Shown here in pieces: positions 35,801 to 48,346 of a stretch of 64,000 nucleotides of DNA. The notes beneath the pieces were generated by a model. That model had not been told where the DNA came from and made no database searches. It saw only the letters and a program-made list of their open reading frames with translations. Numbering within the stretch: the stretch's first letter is position 1; every line of letters begins with the position of its first letter. The translations under genes and the position numbers were made by a program. Origin of the DNA: Chiloscyllium plagiosum (Eukaryota). The stretch is taken from assembly GCF_004010195.1 (NCBI RefSeq), contig NC_057756.1:7755676-7819675 (forward strand), given 5' to 3'.

Positions 35801-38406
35801 ACTGACACTCCGACAGTGTAGCACTCCTCAGCACTGACCCTCCGGCAGAGCAGCACTCCCTCAGTACTGACCCTCCAACAGTGCGGCACTCCCTCAGTAC
35901 TGACCCGCCGACAGTGCGGCACTCCCTCAGTACTGATCCTCCGGCAGTGCACACTCCCTCAGTACTGACTCTCCTTAAGTGCACACTCCCTCAGTACTGA
36001 CCCTCCGACAGTGCGGCACTCACTTAGTACTGACCCGCCGACAGTGTAGCACTCCCTCAGCACTGACCCTCCGGCAGTGCAGACTCCCTCAGTACTGATC
36101 CTTCTGCAGTGCACACTCCCTCAGTACTGACCTTCCTGCAGTACACACTCCCTCAGTACCGACCGTCCTGCAATGCACACTCCCTCAGTACTGACCCGCT
36201 GACAGAGCAGCAATCCCTCAGCACTGACCCTTTGACAGTGTAAGCACTCCCTCAGCACTGACCCTCTGACAGTGCAGCATCTCCACAGTGCTGACCCTCT
36301 GACAGTGCAGCAATCCCTCAGCATTGACCCTCCGACAGTGTGGCATTCCCTCAGTACTGACCTTCTGACAGTGCAGCATTCTCTCCGTACTGATTTTCTG
36401 ACATTGCTGTGGTCCCTCAGTGCTGACCCTCTGATAGTGTAATCCTTCCTCAGTACTGACCCTCTGACAATGAGGCAATTCCTCAATGCTGACCCTCTGA
36501 CAGTGCAGCATCCCCCACAATGCTGACCCTCTGACAGTGCAGCATCCCCCACAGTGCTGGCCCTCTGACAGTGCAGCATTCCCACAGTACTGACCTTCTG
36601 ACAGTGCACCATTCCCTCAATACTGACCTTCTGACAGTGCAGCATCCCCTTCAGACAGTGCTGCATTCCCTCAGTACTGACTTTCTGACAGTGCGGTGGT
36701 CCTTCAGTACCGACCCTCTGACAGTGCAGCATTCCTACAGTGCTGACCCTCTGACAGTGCAGTATTCCTTCAGTACTGACCCTCTGACGGTGCAGCAATC
36801 CCTCAGTAATGACCCTCTGACAGTGCAGCATTCCCACAGTGCTGACCCTCTGACAGTGCAGCATTCCCTCAGTACTGACCTGACAGTGCAGCATTCCCAC
36901 AGTGCTGATCCTCTGACAGTGCAGCATTCCGTTAGTACTGACTGTCTGACAGTGCAGCAATCCCTCAACTCAGACCCTCCAACAGTGCGGCATTCCCTCT
37001 GTACTGACCCTCCAGCAGTGCAGCACTCCTCAGCACTGACCCTCCGACAGTGCGGCACTCCCTCAGCACTGACTTTCTGGCAGTGCAGCACTCCTCAGCA
37101 CTGAACCTCTGACAGTGCAGCACTCCCTCAGCACTGACCCTCTGACAGTGCAGCACTCCCTCAGCGCTGATCCTCCGGCAGTGCACACTCCCTCAGCATC
37201 GACCTTCCAACAGTACGCCACTCCCTCAGCTCTGACCCTCTGGCAGTGCACACTCCGTCAGCACTGACCCTCCAACAGTGCTGCGCTCCCTAAGCACTGA
37301 TTCTCCAGCTGTGCATACTCCCTCAGTACTGACTTTCTGGCAGTGCAGCAATCCCTCAGTAATGACCCTCCTGCAGTGTACACTCCCTCAGTGCTAACCT
37401 TCCTGCAGTGCACACTCCCTCAGTACTGACCCTCCTGCAGTGCACACACCCTCAGCACTGACCCTCCCGCATTGCACACTCCCTCAGGACTGACCCCCTG
37501 GCAGTGCACACTCCTTCAGTACTGACCCTCCAGCAGTGCGGCACTCCCACTGTACTGACCCTCTGGCAGTGCAGCACTCCTCAGTACTGACTCTCCAACA
37601 GTACTGCACTCCCTTAGCACTGACTCTTGGACAGTATAGCACTAGCTCACTAATGACCCACCAACAGTACTGCACTTGCTCAGTGCTGACCCTCAGACAG
37701 TGCAGCATTCAGTCACTACTGATTATCAGAGACTATGGCACTCCCTCAGTACTGACCCTCTGATAGTGAACAGTCACTCAGTACTGACCCTCGGACAGTA
37801 CTGCACCCCCTCAGCACTGACTCTCTGCCAGTATAGCACTCCCTCAGTAGTGACCCTCTGACAGTATAGCACTCCCTCAGCACTGACCCTCGGACAGTAT
37901 AGCACTCCCTCAGTGCTGACCCTCTGACAGTGCAGCATCCCCTTCATACTGACCCTCTGACAGTGCAGTGGTCCCTCAGTGCTGACCCTCTGACAGTGCA
38001 GCATCCCCTTCATACTTACCCTCTGACAGTGCAGCATCCCCTTCATACTTACCCTCTGACAGTGCAGTGGTCCCTCAGTACTGACCCTCTGACAGTGCAG
38101 CAATCCCTCAGCATTGACCCTCTGACAGTGCAGCATTCCCTCCGCACTGATTTTCTGACAGTGCAGCATTCCCACATTGCTGACCCTCTGATAGTGCAGT
38201 ATTCCCTCAGTCCTAATCCTCTGACAGTGTAGCATTCCCTCCGTACTGATGTTCTGACAGTGTGGTGGTCCCTCAGTGTTGACCCTCTGATAGCGTAATC
38301 CTTCCTCAGTACTGACCCTCTGACAGTATAGCAATCCCTCAGTGCTCACCCTCTGACAGTATAGCAACTCACTCAGTTCTGACCCTCTGACAGTGCAGCA
38401 TTCCCT
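32883..38406. repeat. Intronic minisatellite, 33-bp (and 31-bp) unit CACTCCCTCAGTACTGACCCTCCGACAGTGCAG, spans a gap
   Basis: Continuous tandem periodicity over about 5 kb of called bases. Confidence 0.97.
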
Positions 38407-39388
38407 NNNNNNNNNNNNNNNNNNNNNNNNNNNNNNNNNNNNNNNNNNNNNNNNNNNNNNNNNNNNNNNNNNNNNNNNNNNNNNNNNNNNNNNNNNNNNN
38501 NNNNNNNNNNNNNNNNNNNNNNNNNNNNNNGCCTGATTGCCTCTGGATGGATCCTGGGGTCAATCCTAGGAGCTGTTTCATGGTGCTATAAAATCAGTAG
38601 TCAGTAGACATTTTGGGAGCCAGTGGGTGAAGGCATGTATTGTAAGTAAACATCATTAAATGCTTAACGTTATAGAATTATAGAGCTGGACACCATGGAA
38701 ACAGACCCTCCGGTCCAACTCATCCATGCTGACCGGAAATCCTAAACTTATATAATCTAATTTGCCAGCATTTGGCTCAGATCACTCTAAACCCTTCCTA
38801 TTCACATACCCAATCCAGCTGTTTTTAAACGTTGTAATTGTACCAGGCTCCACCTGTTCCTCTGGCTGCTCATTCCATACACGAACCACCCTCTGTGTGG
38901 AAAACGTTGCTCACTATATGCCTTTGTAATATTTCCCCTCACACCTTAAACCTATGCATTCTAGTTTTGGACTCCCCTACCCGGGGAAAAGATCATATTT
39001 ACCCGAACCATGCCCCTCATGGTCTTATACACCTCTATAAGGTCACCCCTTAGACTCCAACATTCCAACAAAAATACTCCATAGTGTATTCAGCTTCTCA
39101 CTTGATAGCTCAAACCCTTGAACCCTGGCAACATCCTTGTAAATCTTTTCTGAACCCATTCCTGTTTCAGACCAGCCCAGCTAGAGTAGGGAGTCCAGAA
39201 TTAAATGCAGTATTCCAGAAGTGGCCTAACCACTGTCCTGTACAACCGCAACATGACCTCTCAACTCGTATAATCAGTGCACTGACCGACAAAGGCATAC
39301 ATACCAAAACCCTTCCTCACTATCCAGTGCTAATGGAGTCTTGCTGTGCTTTCCATTTGCTCACAATATTCTCTTCCTTTCTTCTTAG

Positions 39389-39670
39389 ACTCACCACGGA
39401 ATCTCTCAATTACATCTCTTGCTGTGATTAAAGATTCATCGATCAGTGTAATTGAGGGGAATTCTGCAGTGATAATCTGCTCTGTTGTGAGCTTCCCAGC
39501 TTCTAACCTGATGTGGAGACATCTTAACATCACAATGAACAGAACAAGCTCCAACAATGACTTATGGTTGCAAATTCCTCACATTACGTACAGGGAGACT
39601 GGAGACTATCAGTGTGTGGCAGAGAATAAATATGGAGCAGTGGATGGCTCCATTACCATTGCTGTGGAAT
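39389..39670 (+). CDS. Siglec-like gene: 282-bp repeated Ig exon R1 (intact)
   Basis: SPRNLSITSLAVIKDSSISVIEGNSAVIICSV...W...GDYQCVAEN; TAG acceptor, GTAAGT donor, phase 1-1. Confidence 0.88.
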
Positions 39671-40311
39671 GTAAGTGAATGTGTATATGTTTCAACATCA
39701 CTCACTGATACACACACAGAAGGTCACATGCACTCAGACACACACTGCCTCACGCACTAGGAAACAGACACCAGCACAATACTGCCCGAGTGATTGGCAG
39801 ATACCTCCCACTTTACACATTCACTGCCTCAACCATCATCACCCAGTTGCAGCACTATCTATAACAATCTGCACTCCAGAAATTCACCAAGACTTCATTG
39901 ATAGCATCTTCCATACCCATATTGGTGGGCAAGGGCAGCAGCTACATGGAAACACTACAACTCGCAAGTTCCCCTGCAAGCAACCTATAGCGTGACTTGG
40001 AAATATATCACCATTTCGACAGCATAACAAGGTCAACTGCTATTTTCGAGACTGCAATGGTTCAATAAGGCACCATCTCTTTCTCAAGGCAATTACCGAT
40101 AGGCAACAAATGCTAGCTGACCCAAAACCACCTACAATCTTTGAATTAATAAAAGGAAACAAACAGGAATTGTTTATTTGAAATGTTGACATCAGAATTT
40201 CACAGGGGAAAGACAACTTGAAATGCACATGGTGATCAGATACAGAGGGATGAAATATTTAGCATCCATGTGCTCTGTTTTCATTCACATGAATTCCTTA
40301 TTTAGAGTTAG

Positions 40312-40593
40312 ACACACCACCAAATCTCTCAATTAGTTCTCTTGCGAAGATTAAAGATTCATCAATCAATATAATTGAGGTGAATTCTGCAATGATAATC
40401 TGCTCTGTCGAGAGGCTCCCAGCTTCTAACCTGGCAGGGAGATATTTTAATGTAAAAATGATCAGAACAAGTTCCAACAATGAGCTGTAGTTGAATATTC
40501 CTCATATTACGTACAGGGAGATTGAAGACTATGAGTGTGTGGCAGAGAATGGTCAGGGAACTGTGGAGGGCTCCATAACCATCACTGTGCAAT
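40312..40593 (+). pseudogene. Repeated Ig exon R2, pseudo-exon
   Basis: In-frame TAG at 40488-40490 (TGG in most sister copies), eroded polypyrimidine tract, most divergent copy. Confidence 0.85.
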
Positions 40594-41976
40594 GTGAGTG
40601 TACACAGGCATTGAAATGGCTTGCAGACACACACATGAACAGATATGTATATCCTACAGACACCCAGTTGTGACATATCCTCTCAGTGTTACACTGGAGC
40701 ATCAGTATAAGATTGAATTCTCTGTGGAAGGAATAGAAACTCTAGATTAACAAGATGCTCAATGATCCAACGGCCTCGTGCACCCAGAATTGTAGATTTC
40801 TTTGTTTTGAAATCAGTTTTGATGTTGATTTCATATGGATTGGTGAAGCAGCAACTGATTAAAATTGTAACATTGAGGGAAAAAGAATTTCAGTGGTGAC
40901 TATATTCAATCCTGCCGAGAGGTAAGGGTGAGGTTTATTGCAACGTTTCTCAGATCTCACTCAGATCAATTCAAGAATCAGATGTTAGTTTAGGTTTTAA
41001 TGAGTTAAACAGTTAGTAGGAGGGCAGAGGGAGAGAGAGCGAGAGAAAGAGAAAGACAGAGAGACAGAGAGAGCGAGAGAGAGAGAGAGAGAGAGAGAGG
41101 CAGAAGCTAGGTCCCTGCAGGTTAGAGTACGTGAGCTGTACTCCAAGCAAATGTTATGAATGAAACTGGCTGGATGGAGCTTAGAATCAAGTCCCACAAA
41201 GTACTCTACAGCTCCAATGCAGTCAGGAATCTCGAGAAGTCATTTGTGCCAATAAGTGAGATTACATCATGCAGTTAGAATCCAGGAAGAATTTACTAAG
41301 CATCATTAATATTTCAGAAAGTGAAAACTTGGAACCGCTTGAACACATTTATTGAGATCTGGTAATCCCAGGGACACTAATGTCTGGTGATGTTCCTGAA
41401 AAGTCCATAGAATCGATCTTCACTTCATTTAGTGTTTAATGAGCTCTGTAGCATGATCAGTCACAGTTTCTCTGATGTGATATTTTCCTCATGTTAACTT
41501 TGGAAATTACTGGATATGATTTAGATAGTACTAATGTTCTAATTTTGAATCATAACATTTCCTTTCATTTGTTTAAAATATGGACTTTTATGATTTTATG
41601 CTCTTTGTAATGACATGGCAACACAAACATTGCCTCTGTTCAAGAAAGCACTTGACAGATGATAACTTGGCAATCTGGCTTGGCATGATAACATATCCTT
41701 CAATATTAAATTGATCATATCCAATTCACTGCTGCCAAGGCTTTGGGAATATTGTGAGGATGAGAGAGGCATTTTCTTCCTTTCAGGATGGAGAGTGTCC
41801 TCATTTGTGGGATGAGAAACCGACAGTGTGACAGTTTACATGGGCAGTGTCCTTCATACAGCAACTACCACTCAGAGAAGGCGATGGGGGGGTGCACATC
41901 TGAGTGTCAGAGAGATGGTTATGGAGTCTTGCTGGGCACTCTGTTTGCTAACAGTACTCTCTTCTCTTGTTTTCAG

Positions 41977-42258
41977 ACTCACCACGGAATTTCTCAATTA
42001 CATCTCTTGCTGTGATTAAAGACTCATCAATCAGCGTAATTGAGGGGAATTCTGCAGTGATAATCTGCTCTGTTGAGAGCTTCCCAGCTTCTAACCTGAC
42101 GTGGAGACATCTTAATGTCACAATGAACAGAACAAGTACCAGCAATGAGCTGTGGTTGGAGATTCCTCACATTACATACAGGGAGACTGGAGACTATCAG
42201 TGCGTGGCAGAGAATGAACATGGATCAGTGGAGGGCTCCATAACCATCACTGTGGAAT
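41977..42258 (+). CDS. Repeated Ig exon R3 (intact)
   Basis: 282 bp open, CAG / GTGAGT splice sites. Confidence 0.88.
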
Positions 42259-42344
42259 GTGAGTGTATACAGACTTCAACATCTCTCTCACATACACACA
42301 CACAAACACACAGGTTCAGACCTGTAGACACACACATGTGACAT

Positions 42345-42478
42345 GAGAGATTTAAACAATCCTTAGATAAGCACATGGATGATTTTGGGATAGTGTAGGG
42401 GGACCAGCTGAGAATAGTTCACAGGTTGGCGCAACATTGAGGGCCGAAGGGCCTGTTCCGCGCTGTATTGTTCTCTGT
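42345..42478 (+). mobile_element. Very short CR1 3' end, same family as 27425-28566
   Basis: Matches 28428-28565; absent from the paralogous positions near 46047 and 47866. Confidence 0.8.
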
Positions 42479-43214
42479 CCCTTCTCTCAGTGTTGCACTG
42501 GAGCATCAGTATAAGCTTCAATTCTCTGCTAAAGGAAGGGAAACCCTAGATGAAGAAGTGCTGCCTCGAACCCACGATCCCCTGCACACATAATTATTGA
42601 CTGCGCACATAATCACTTTTGCTGTTGGCTCCATTTGTACAATGTATAAACCAGTAACTGGTGAACATTGTAACATTCAGGGTAACAGAATTACAAAGGC
42701 TGCTACATTGAATGCTGCCTAAAAATACGCAAGGTAAACATTTTAAGGTTTTGAAACCGACAGAACTGCGGAAGCTGTAATTCAGAAACAGAAACAGAAA
42801 TTGCTGGAAAAGCCCTTCCTCAGAACTGTCACCAGATTTGAAACATTAACTCTGATTTCTGTTTACAGATGCTGCCAGACCTGCTGAGCTTTCCCACCAA
42901 TTTTTGTTCTTGGTGCAATGTTTTGCATTAGTTGAACAGTCAAAGGCAATTCACGTTGGAGGCATTTATATAGTTAATAGTGGGGGGGGAGGGTGTGAGA
43001 GATAGAGAGACACAGACATGTAGTTTTCCCTTCGGGAAGTGTTCTATCATCTGTGCTACTAAGGGGGTTCCCACAGGGGCCTGATTGCCTCGGGATAGAG
43101 CCTGTGCTCAATCCTAGGAGCTGTTTTATGGTGCCATACAATCAGTAGTCAGTAGACATTTTAGGAGCCATTTGGTGAAGCCAAGTATTACAAGTAAACC
43201 TTATTAAATGCATA

Positions 43215-44165
43215 TTGTCATAGAATCATAAAGCTGTCCAGAAACAGACCCTTCAGTCTAACTCATCCATGCTGACCAGAAATCCTAAATTAACATAGTT
43301 CCATTTGCCAGCATTTGGCTCAGATCACTCTAAACCCTTCCTATTCACACACCCATCCAGCTGCCTTTTAAATGTTGTAAATATACCAGCCTCCGCCAGT
43401 TCTCCGAGCTGCTCATTCCATGCATGTACCACGCTGTGTGTGGAAAAAGTTGCCCATTAAGTGCCTTTATAATCTTTCCCCCTCACCTTAAACCTATGCA
43501 ATCTAGTTTAGAACTCCCCTACCCCGGGGAAAAGACCTTGTATATTTACATCCAGGCCCCTCATGATCTTATAAACCTCTATAAGGTCACTCGTTAGACC
43601 CCACATTCCAGGGAAAACAGCCCCAGCTTATTCACCCTCTCCCTGTAGCTCAAACCCTTGAACCCTGGCAACATCCTTGTAACTCTTTTCTGAACCTACT
43701 CCTGTTTCACAACATCCCACCTAGAGCACGGAGACCAGAATTGAACGCAGCATTCCAGAACTAGCCTAATCACTGTCCTGTACAGACGCAACATGACCTC
43801 CCAACTTCTGTACTCAATGCACTACCAATAAAGGCAAGCAGACCAAAATCCTTCTTCACTATTCAGTCTAGTTGCTTTTCCACTTGCAAGGCACTATGAA
43901 CCTGCACTGCCCAGGACTTTACCCGTAAGCATATAAATCCTGTCCTGATGTGCCTTTCCAAAATGATGCAGCTCACATTTATCTAAATTACACTCCATCT
44001 GCCACTCCTCGGCCCATCTGCTCAAAGTCCTGTCGTACACTGAGGCAACCTTCTTTGCTGTCCACCATGCCTTCAATTTTGGTGTCATTAGCAAACCTGC
44101 AAACTGTACATCCTGTGTTCACATCCAAATAATTTGTATAAATGACAAAAAGCAATGGACACAGC
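43215..44165 (-). mobile_element. CR1 3' fragment carried within the duplicated exon unit
   Basis: RWAEEWQMECNLDKCE; paralogous copies at about 38670-39325, 46795-47138 and 48835-49870. Confidence 0.85.
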
Positions 44166-44858
44166 AAAACAAACTCTAACCCATTTCTGATTGTTTACTA
44201 ATTCAAATGGTGATAAATTGGTGTTTCTTGTAAATTAGATTTGAATGACATTTTATGATCCAGAGAGTCATTAATGTCTGGGACGGTTGTTGAGAAATAT
44301 TTGGGATCTATCTTTACTTCATTAAACATTTCTGTGGGGTGATCAATCCATCATAGTCTCGCTGTTAATTTTGAAATTTTGAATTTAATTTGGAAATTGT
44401 TGATTGCATTACTGTTAAAACTTTGTACAGTTACACTTTTCATTTACTAACACCACGGAAAGTTGTGACTTTATTCTCTTTGTAAGTCTGTGGCATCTCA
44501 AATGTTGTCTCCGTCAAAGAAAACATCCTGGTCCCCCATCAGATGGTAACCTGGGGATCTGGTCTGTGGTCATAACACATCCCTCAATATTCCATTGACC
44601 AGATTCAATTCATTGCTCCCAAGGCTTTGGGAATATTGTAAGGATGTGAAAGGCAGTTTCTTTCAGATGGTCAGTACTCTCATTGGTAGGAGGAAGAAGC
44701 AACAGTGTGGCAGTTTACATCAGCAATTTCTACTGGAAATGTAACACAGCAACTTCCACTCAGAGACAGTAATGCCGGATCCACATATCACAGACCGACA
44801 AGTGGTTATGGATACTTGCTGTCCATTTGCTCAGAATATTCTCTTCATTGCTTCTTAG

Positions 44859-45140
44859 ACTCACCATGGAATCTCTCAATTACTTCTCTTGCTGTAATTA
44901 AAGATTCATCGATCAGTGTAATTGAGGGGAATTCTGCAGTGATAATCTGCTCTGTCGAGAGCTCCCCAGCTTCTAACCTGATGTGGAGACATCTTAATGT
45001 CACAATGAACAGAACAAGTTCCAACACTGAGCTGCGGTTGGAGATTCCTCACATTACGTACAGGGCGACTGGAGACTATCAGTGTGCGGCAGAGAATGAA
45101 CATGGAGCAGTGGACGGCTCCATAACCATCACAGTGTAAT
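44859..45140 (+). pseudogene. Repeated Ig exon R4 with stop in its last full codon
   Basis: Open for the whole domain, then TAA at 45137-45139 (GAA/CAA in sisters); donor changed to GTTAGT. Confidence 0.7.
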
Positions 45141-45676
45141 GTTAGTGTACACAGACTTCAACATCGTCTCACATACACACACAAATACATGGGTACAGAC
45201 TTTCACAGACACACAGAGGGTAGTTCGTGTATGGAAGGAGTAGCCAGAGGAACAGGTGGAGCCTGGTACAATTACAACATTTAAAAGACAGCTGGATGGG
45301 TATGTGAATAGGAAGGGTTTAGAGTGATCTGAGCCAAATGCTGGCAAATGGGACTATATATGTTTAGGATTTTGGGTCAGCGTGGAGACTTGGACCGGAG
45401 GGTCTGTTTCCACGGTTTCCAGCTCTATAATTCTATAACGTTAAGCTTTTAATGATGTTTACTTACAATACTTGGCTTCACCCACTGGTTCCTAGAATTA
45501 TTCCAGAAGTGGCCTAACCACTGTCCTGTACAGCCGTAACATGACCTCCCAACTCGTATACTCAGTGCGCTGACTGACAAAGGCATACATACCAAAACCC
45601 TTCTTCACTATCCAGTGCTAATGGAGTCTTGCTGTGCTTTCCATTTGCTCACAATATTCTCCTCCTTTTTTCTTAG

Positions 45677-45958
45677 ACCCACCACGGAATCTCTCAATTA
45701 CTTCTCTTGCTGTGATTAAAGATTCATCGATCAGTGTAATTGAGGGGAATTCTGCAGTGATAATCTGCTCTGTTGTGAGCTTCCCAGCTTCTAACCTGAT
45801 GTGGAAACATCTTAATGTCACAATGAACAGAACAGGTTCCAACAATGAGCTGTGGTTGGAGATTCCTCACATTACGTACAGGGCGACTGGAGACTATCAG
45901 TGTGTGGCAGAGAATGAACATGGAGCAGTGGAGGGCTCCATAACCATCACAGTGGAAT
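45677..45958 (+). CDS. Repeated Ig exon R5 (intact)
   Basis: 282 bp open, TAG / GTGAGT. Confidence 0.88.
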
Positions 45959-45979
45959 GTGAGTGTACAGACTTCAACA

Positions 45980-46014
<35 letters not shown>

Positions 46015-47638
46015 TACACGTACAGACCTGCAGATACACACGTGACATGTCCCTTCTCTCAGTGTTGCACTGGGGCATCAGTATGATCTTCAGTTGTCTG
46101 TTAAAGGAAGGGAAACTCTTGATGAACCAGATGCTGCCTTGAACCCACAGTCCCCTGCACAGATCATTGTTGATTTTGTTGTGGAGAAATCATTTATGTT
46201 GTTGGATGCATTTGTACTGTGTAAGCCAGCAACTGGTGAATATTGAAAAATTCAGGGAAACAGAATTTCAATGGCTGCTGCATTGCATAATGCCTCAAAA
46301 TAAACATTGCAAAACTTTTAAAACTGACAGAACTGCGGATACTATAAATCAGAAACAGAAACATGAAATTGCTGGAAAAGCTCTTCCTCAGAACTATCAC
46401 CAGACCTGAAACGTTAATTCTGATTCTGTTTACAGATGTTGCCAGACCTGCTGAGCTTTCCCACCAATTTTTGTTCTTGTTGCAAGGTTTTACATCAGTT
46501 CGACACTCAAAAGTAATTCAAGTTGGAGGTACTTAGATAGTTAGGAGCAGGAGGAGACTGTCAGCGAGAGAGAGAGAGACACACACAGACAAACATGTAG
46601 TTATCCTTTCAGGAAGTGTTCTATCATCTGTGCTGCTAAGTAGGTTCCCATAGGGGCCTGATTGCCTCTGGATGGATCCTGGGGTCAATCCTAGGAGCTG
46701 TTTTATGGTGCTATACAATCAGTAGTCAGTAGACATTCTGGGAGCCAGAGGGTGAAGCCAAGTATTGCAAGTAAACATCATTAAATGCTTAATGTCATAG
46801 AATCATAGAGCTGGACACCATGGAAACAGACCCTCCGGTCCAACTCATCCATGCTAACCGGAAATCCTAAACTTATATAATCTAATTTGCCAGCATTTGG
46901 CTCAGATCACTCTAAACCCTTCCTATTCACATACCCATCCAGCTGTCTTTTAAACGTTGTAATTGTACCAGGCTCCACCTGTTCCTCTGGCTGCTCATTC
47001 CATACACGTACCACCCTCTGTGTGGAAAACGTTGCTCACTATATGCCTTTGTAATCTTTCCCCTCACACCTTAAACCTATGCATTCTAGTTTTGGACTCC
47101 CCTACCCCGGGGAAAAGATCATATTTACCCGAACCATGNNNNNNNNNNNNNNNNNNNNNNNNNNNNNNNNNNNNNNNNNNNNNNNNNNNNNNNNNNNNNN
47201 NNNNNNNNNNNNNNNNNNNNNNNNNNNNNNNNNNNNNNNNNNNNNNNNNNNNNNNNNNNNNNNNNNNNNNNNNNNNNNNNNNNNNNNNNNNNNNNNNNNN
47301 NNNNNNNNNNNNNNNNNNNNNNNNNNNNNNNNNNNNNNNNNNNNNNNNNNNNNNNNNNNNNNNNNNNNNNNNNNNNNNNNNNNNNNNNNNNNNNNNNNNN
47401 NNNNNNNNNNNNNNNNNNNNNNNNNNNNNNNNNNNNNNNNNNNNNNNNNNNNNNNNNNNNNNNNNNNNNNNNNNNNNNNNNNNNNNNNNNNNNNNNNNNN
47501 NNNNNNNNNNNNNNNNNNNNNNNNNNNNNNNNNNNNNNNNNNNNNNNNNNNNNNNNNNNNNNNNNNNNNNNNNNNNNNNNNNNNNNNNNNNNNNNNNNNN
47601 NNNNNNNNNNNNNNNNNNNNNNNNNNNNNNNNNNNNNN

Positions 47639-47783
47639 AATGTCACAGTGAACCGAACACGTTCCAACAATCAGCTGTTGTTGGAGATTCCTCACATTAC
47701 GTACAGGGCGACTGGAGACTATCAGTGTGTGGCAGAGAATGAACATGGAGCAGTGCAGGGCTCCATAACCATCACTGTGGAAT
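47639..47783 (+). CDS. Repeated Ig exon R6, 3' half (5' half in gap)
   Basis: NVTVNRTRSNNQLLLEIPHITYRATGDYQCVAENEHGAVQGSITITVE, GTGAGT donor. Confidence 0.75.
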
Positions 47784-48128
47784 GTGAGTGTACAGACTTC
47801 AACATCTCTCTCACATACACACACACAAACACATGGATACAGACCTGCAGACTCACACATGTGACATGTCCCTTCTCTCAGTGTTGCACTGGAGCATCAG
47901 CATGAGCTTCAGTTGTCTGTTAAAGGAAGGGAAACTCTGGAGTAAACAGCTACTGCTTTGAACCAACAATCCATTGCACAGATAATTGCAGATTTTGCTG
48001 TGATGAAACCATTTTCCTTTTTGCACCCATTTGTACTTTGAAAGCCAGCAACGAGTGAACATTTTAACACTCAGGGAAAAAGAATTTTAATCATTGCTAC
48101 ATCGAATGCTGCCTAGAACTAATCAAGG

Positions 48129-48346
48129 AGAAAGTGAGGACTACAGATGCTGGAGATCAGAATCGAGAGGGTGGTGTTGGAAAAGCACAGCAAGTCAGGC
48201 AGCATCTGAAGAGCAGGAGAATCGACGTTTTGGGCATAAACCTTTCATCACGAATTCCTAATGAAAGGCTTATGCCTGAAACATTGATTCTTCTGCTCCT
48301 CAGATGCTGCCAGACCTGCTGTGCTTTTCCAGCACCACCCTCTTGA
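48129..48346. mobile_element. Short fold-back Penelope-derived element with two back-to-back decayed hammerheads
   Basis: Palindrome centred on GAATTC (about 48252-48257); TSD CTAGAACTAATCAAGG / CTAGAAATAAGTAAGG; empty site in the paralogous unit near 42719. Confidence 0.85.

Noticed and set aside
32883-38406. CRISPR-like array or repetitive His/Cys protein (ORFs such as 36121-36960, LHCQRVSTEG repeats)
   Set aside because: No unique spacers and no cas genes, in a eukaryotic context; the ORFs arise because the 33-bp unit is a multiple of three and appear on both strands.
32883-38406. Immunoglobulin switch-region analogue
   Set aside because: The locus is Siglec-like, not IgH, the transcribed-sense strand is C-rich rather than G-rich, and no partner array exists in the window.
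46963-47860. Long ORFs spanning N runs (also 34445-35087 and 38369-38581)
   Set aside because: Their length comes from assembly gaps.
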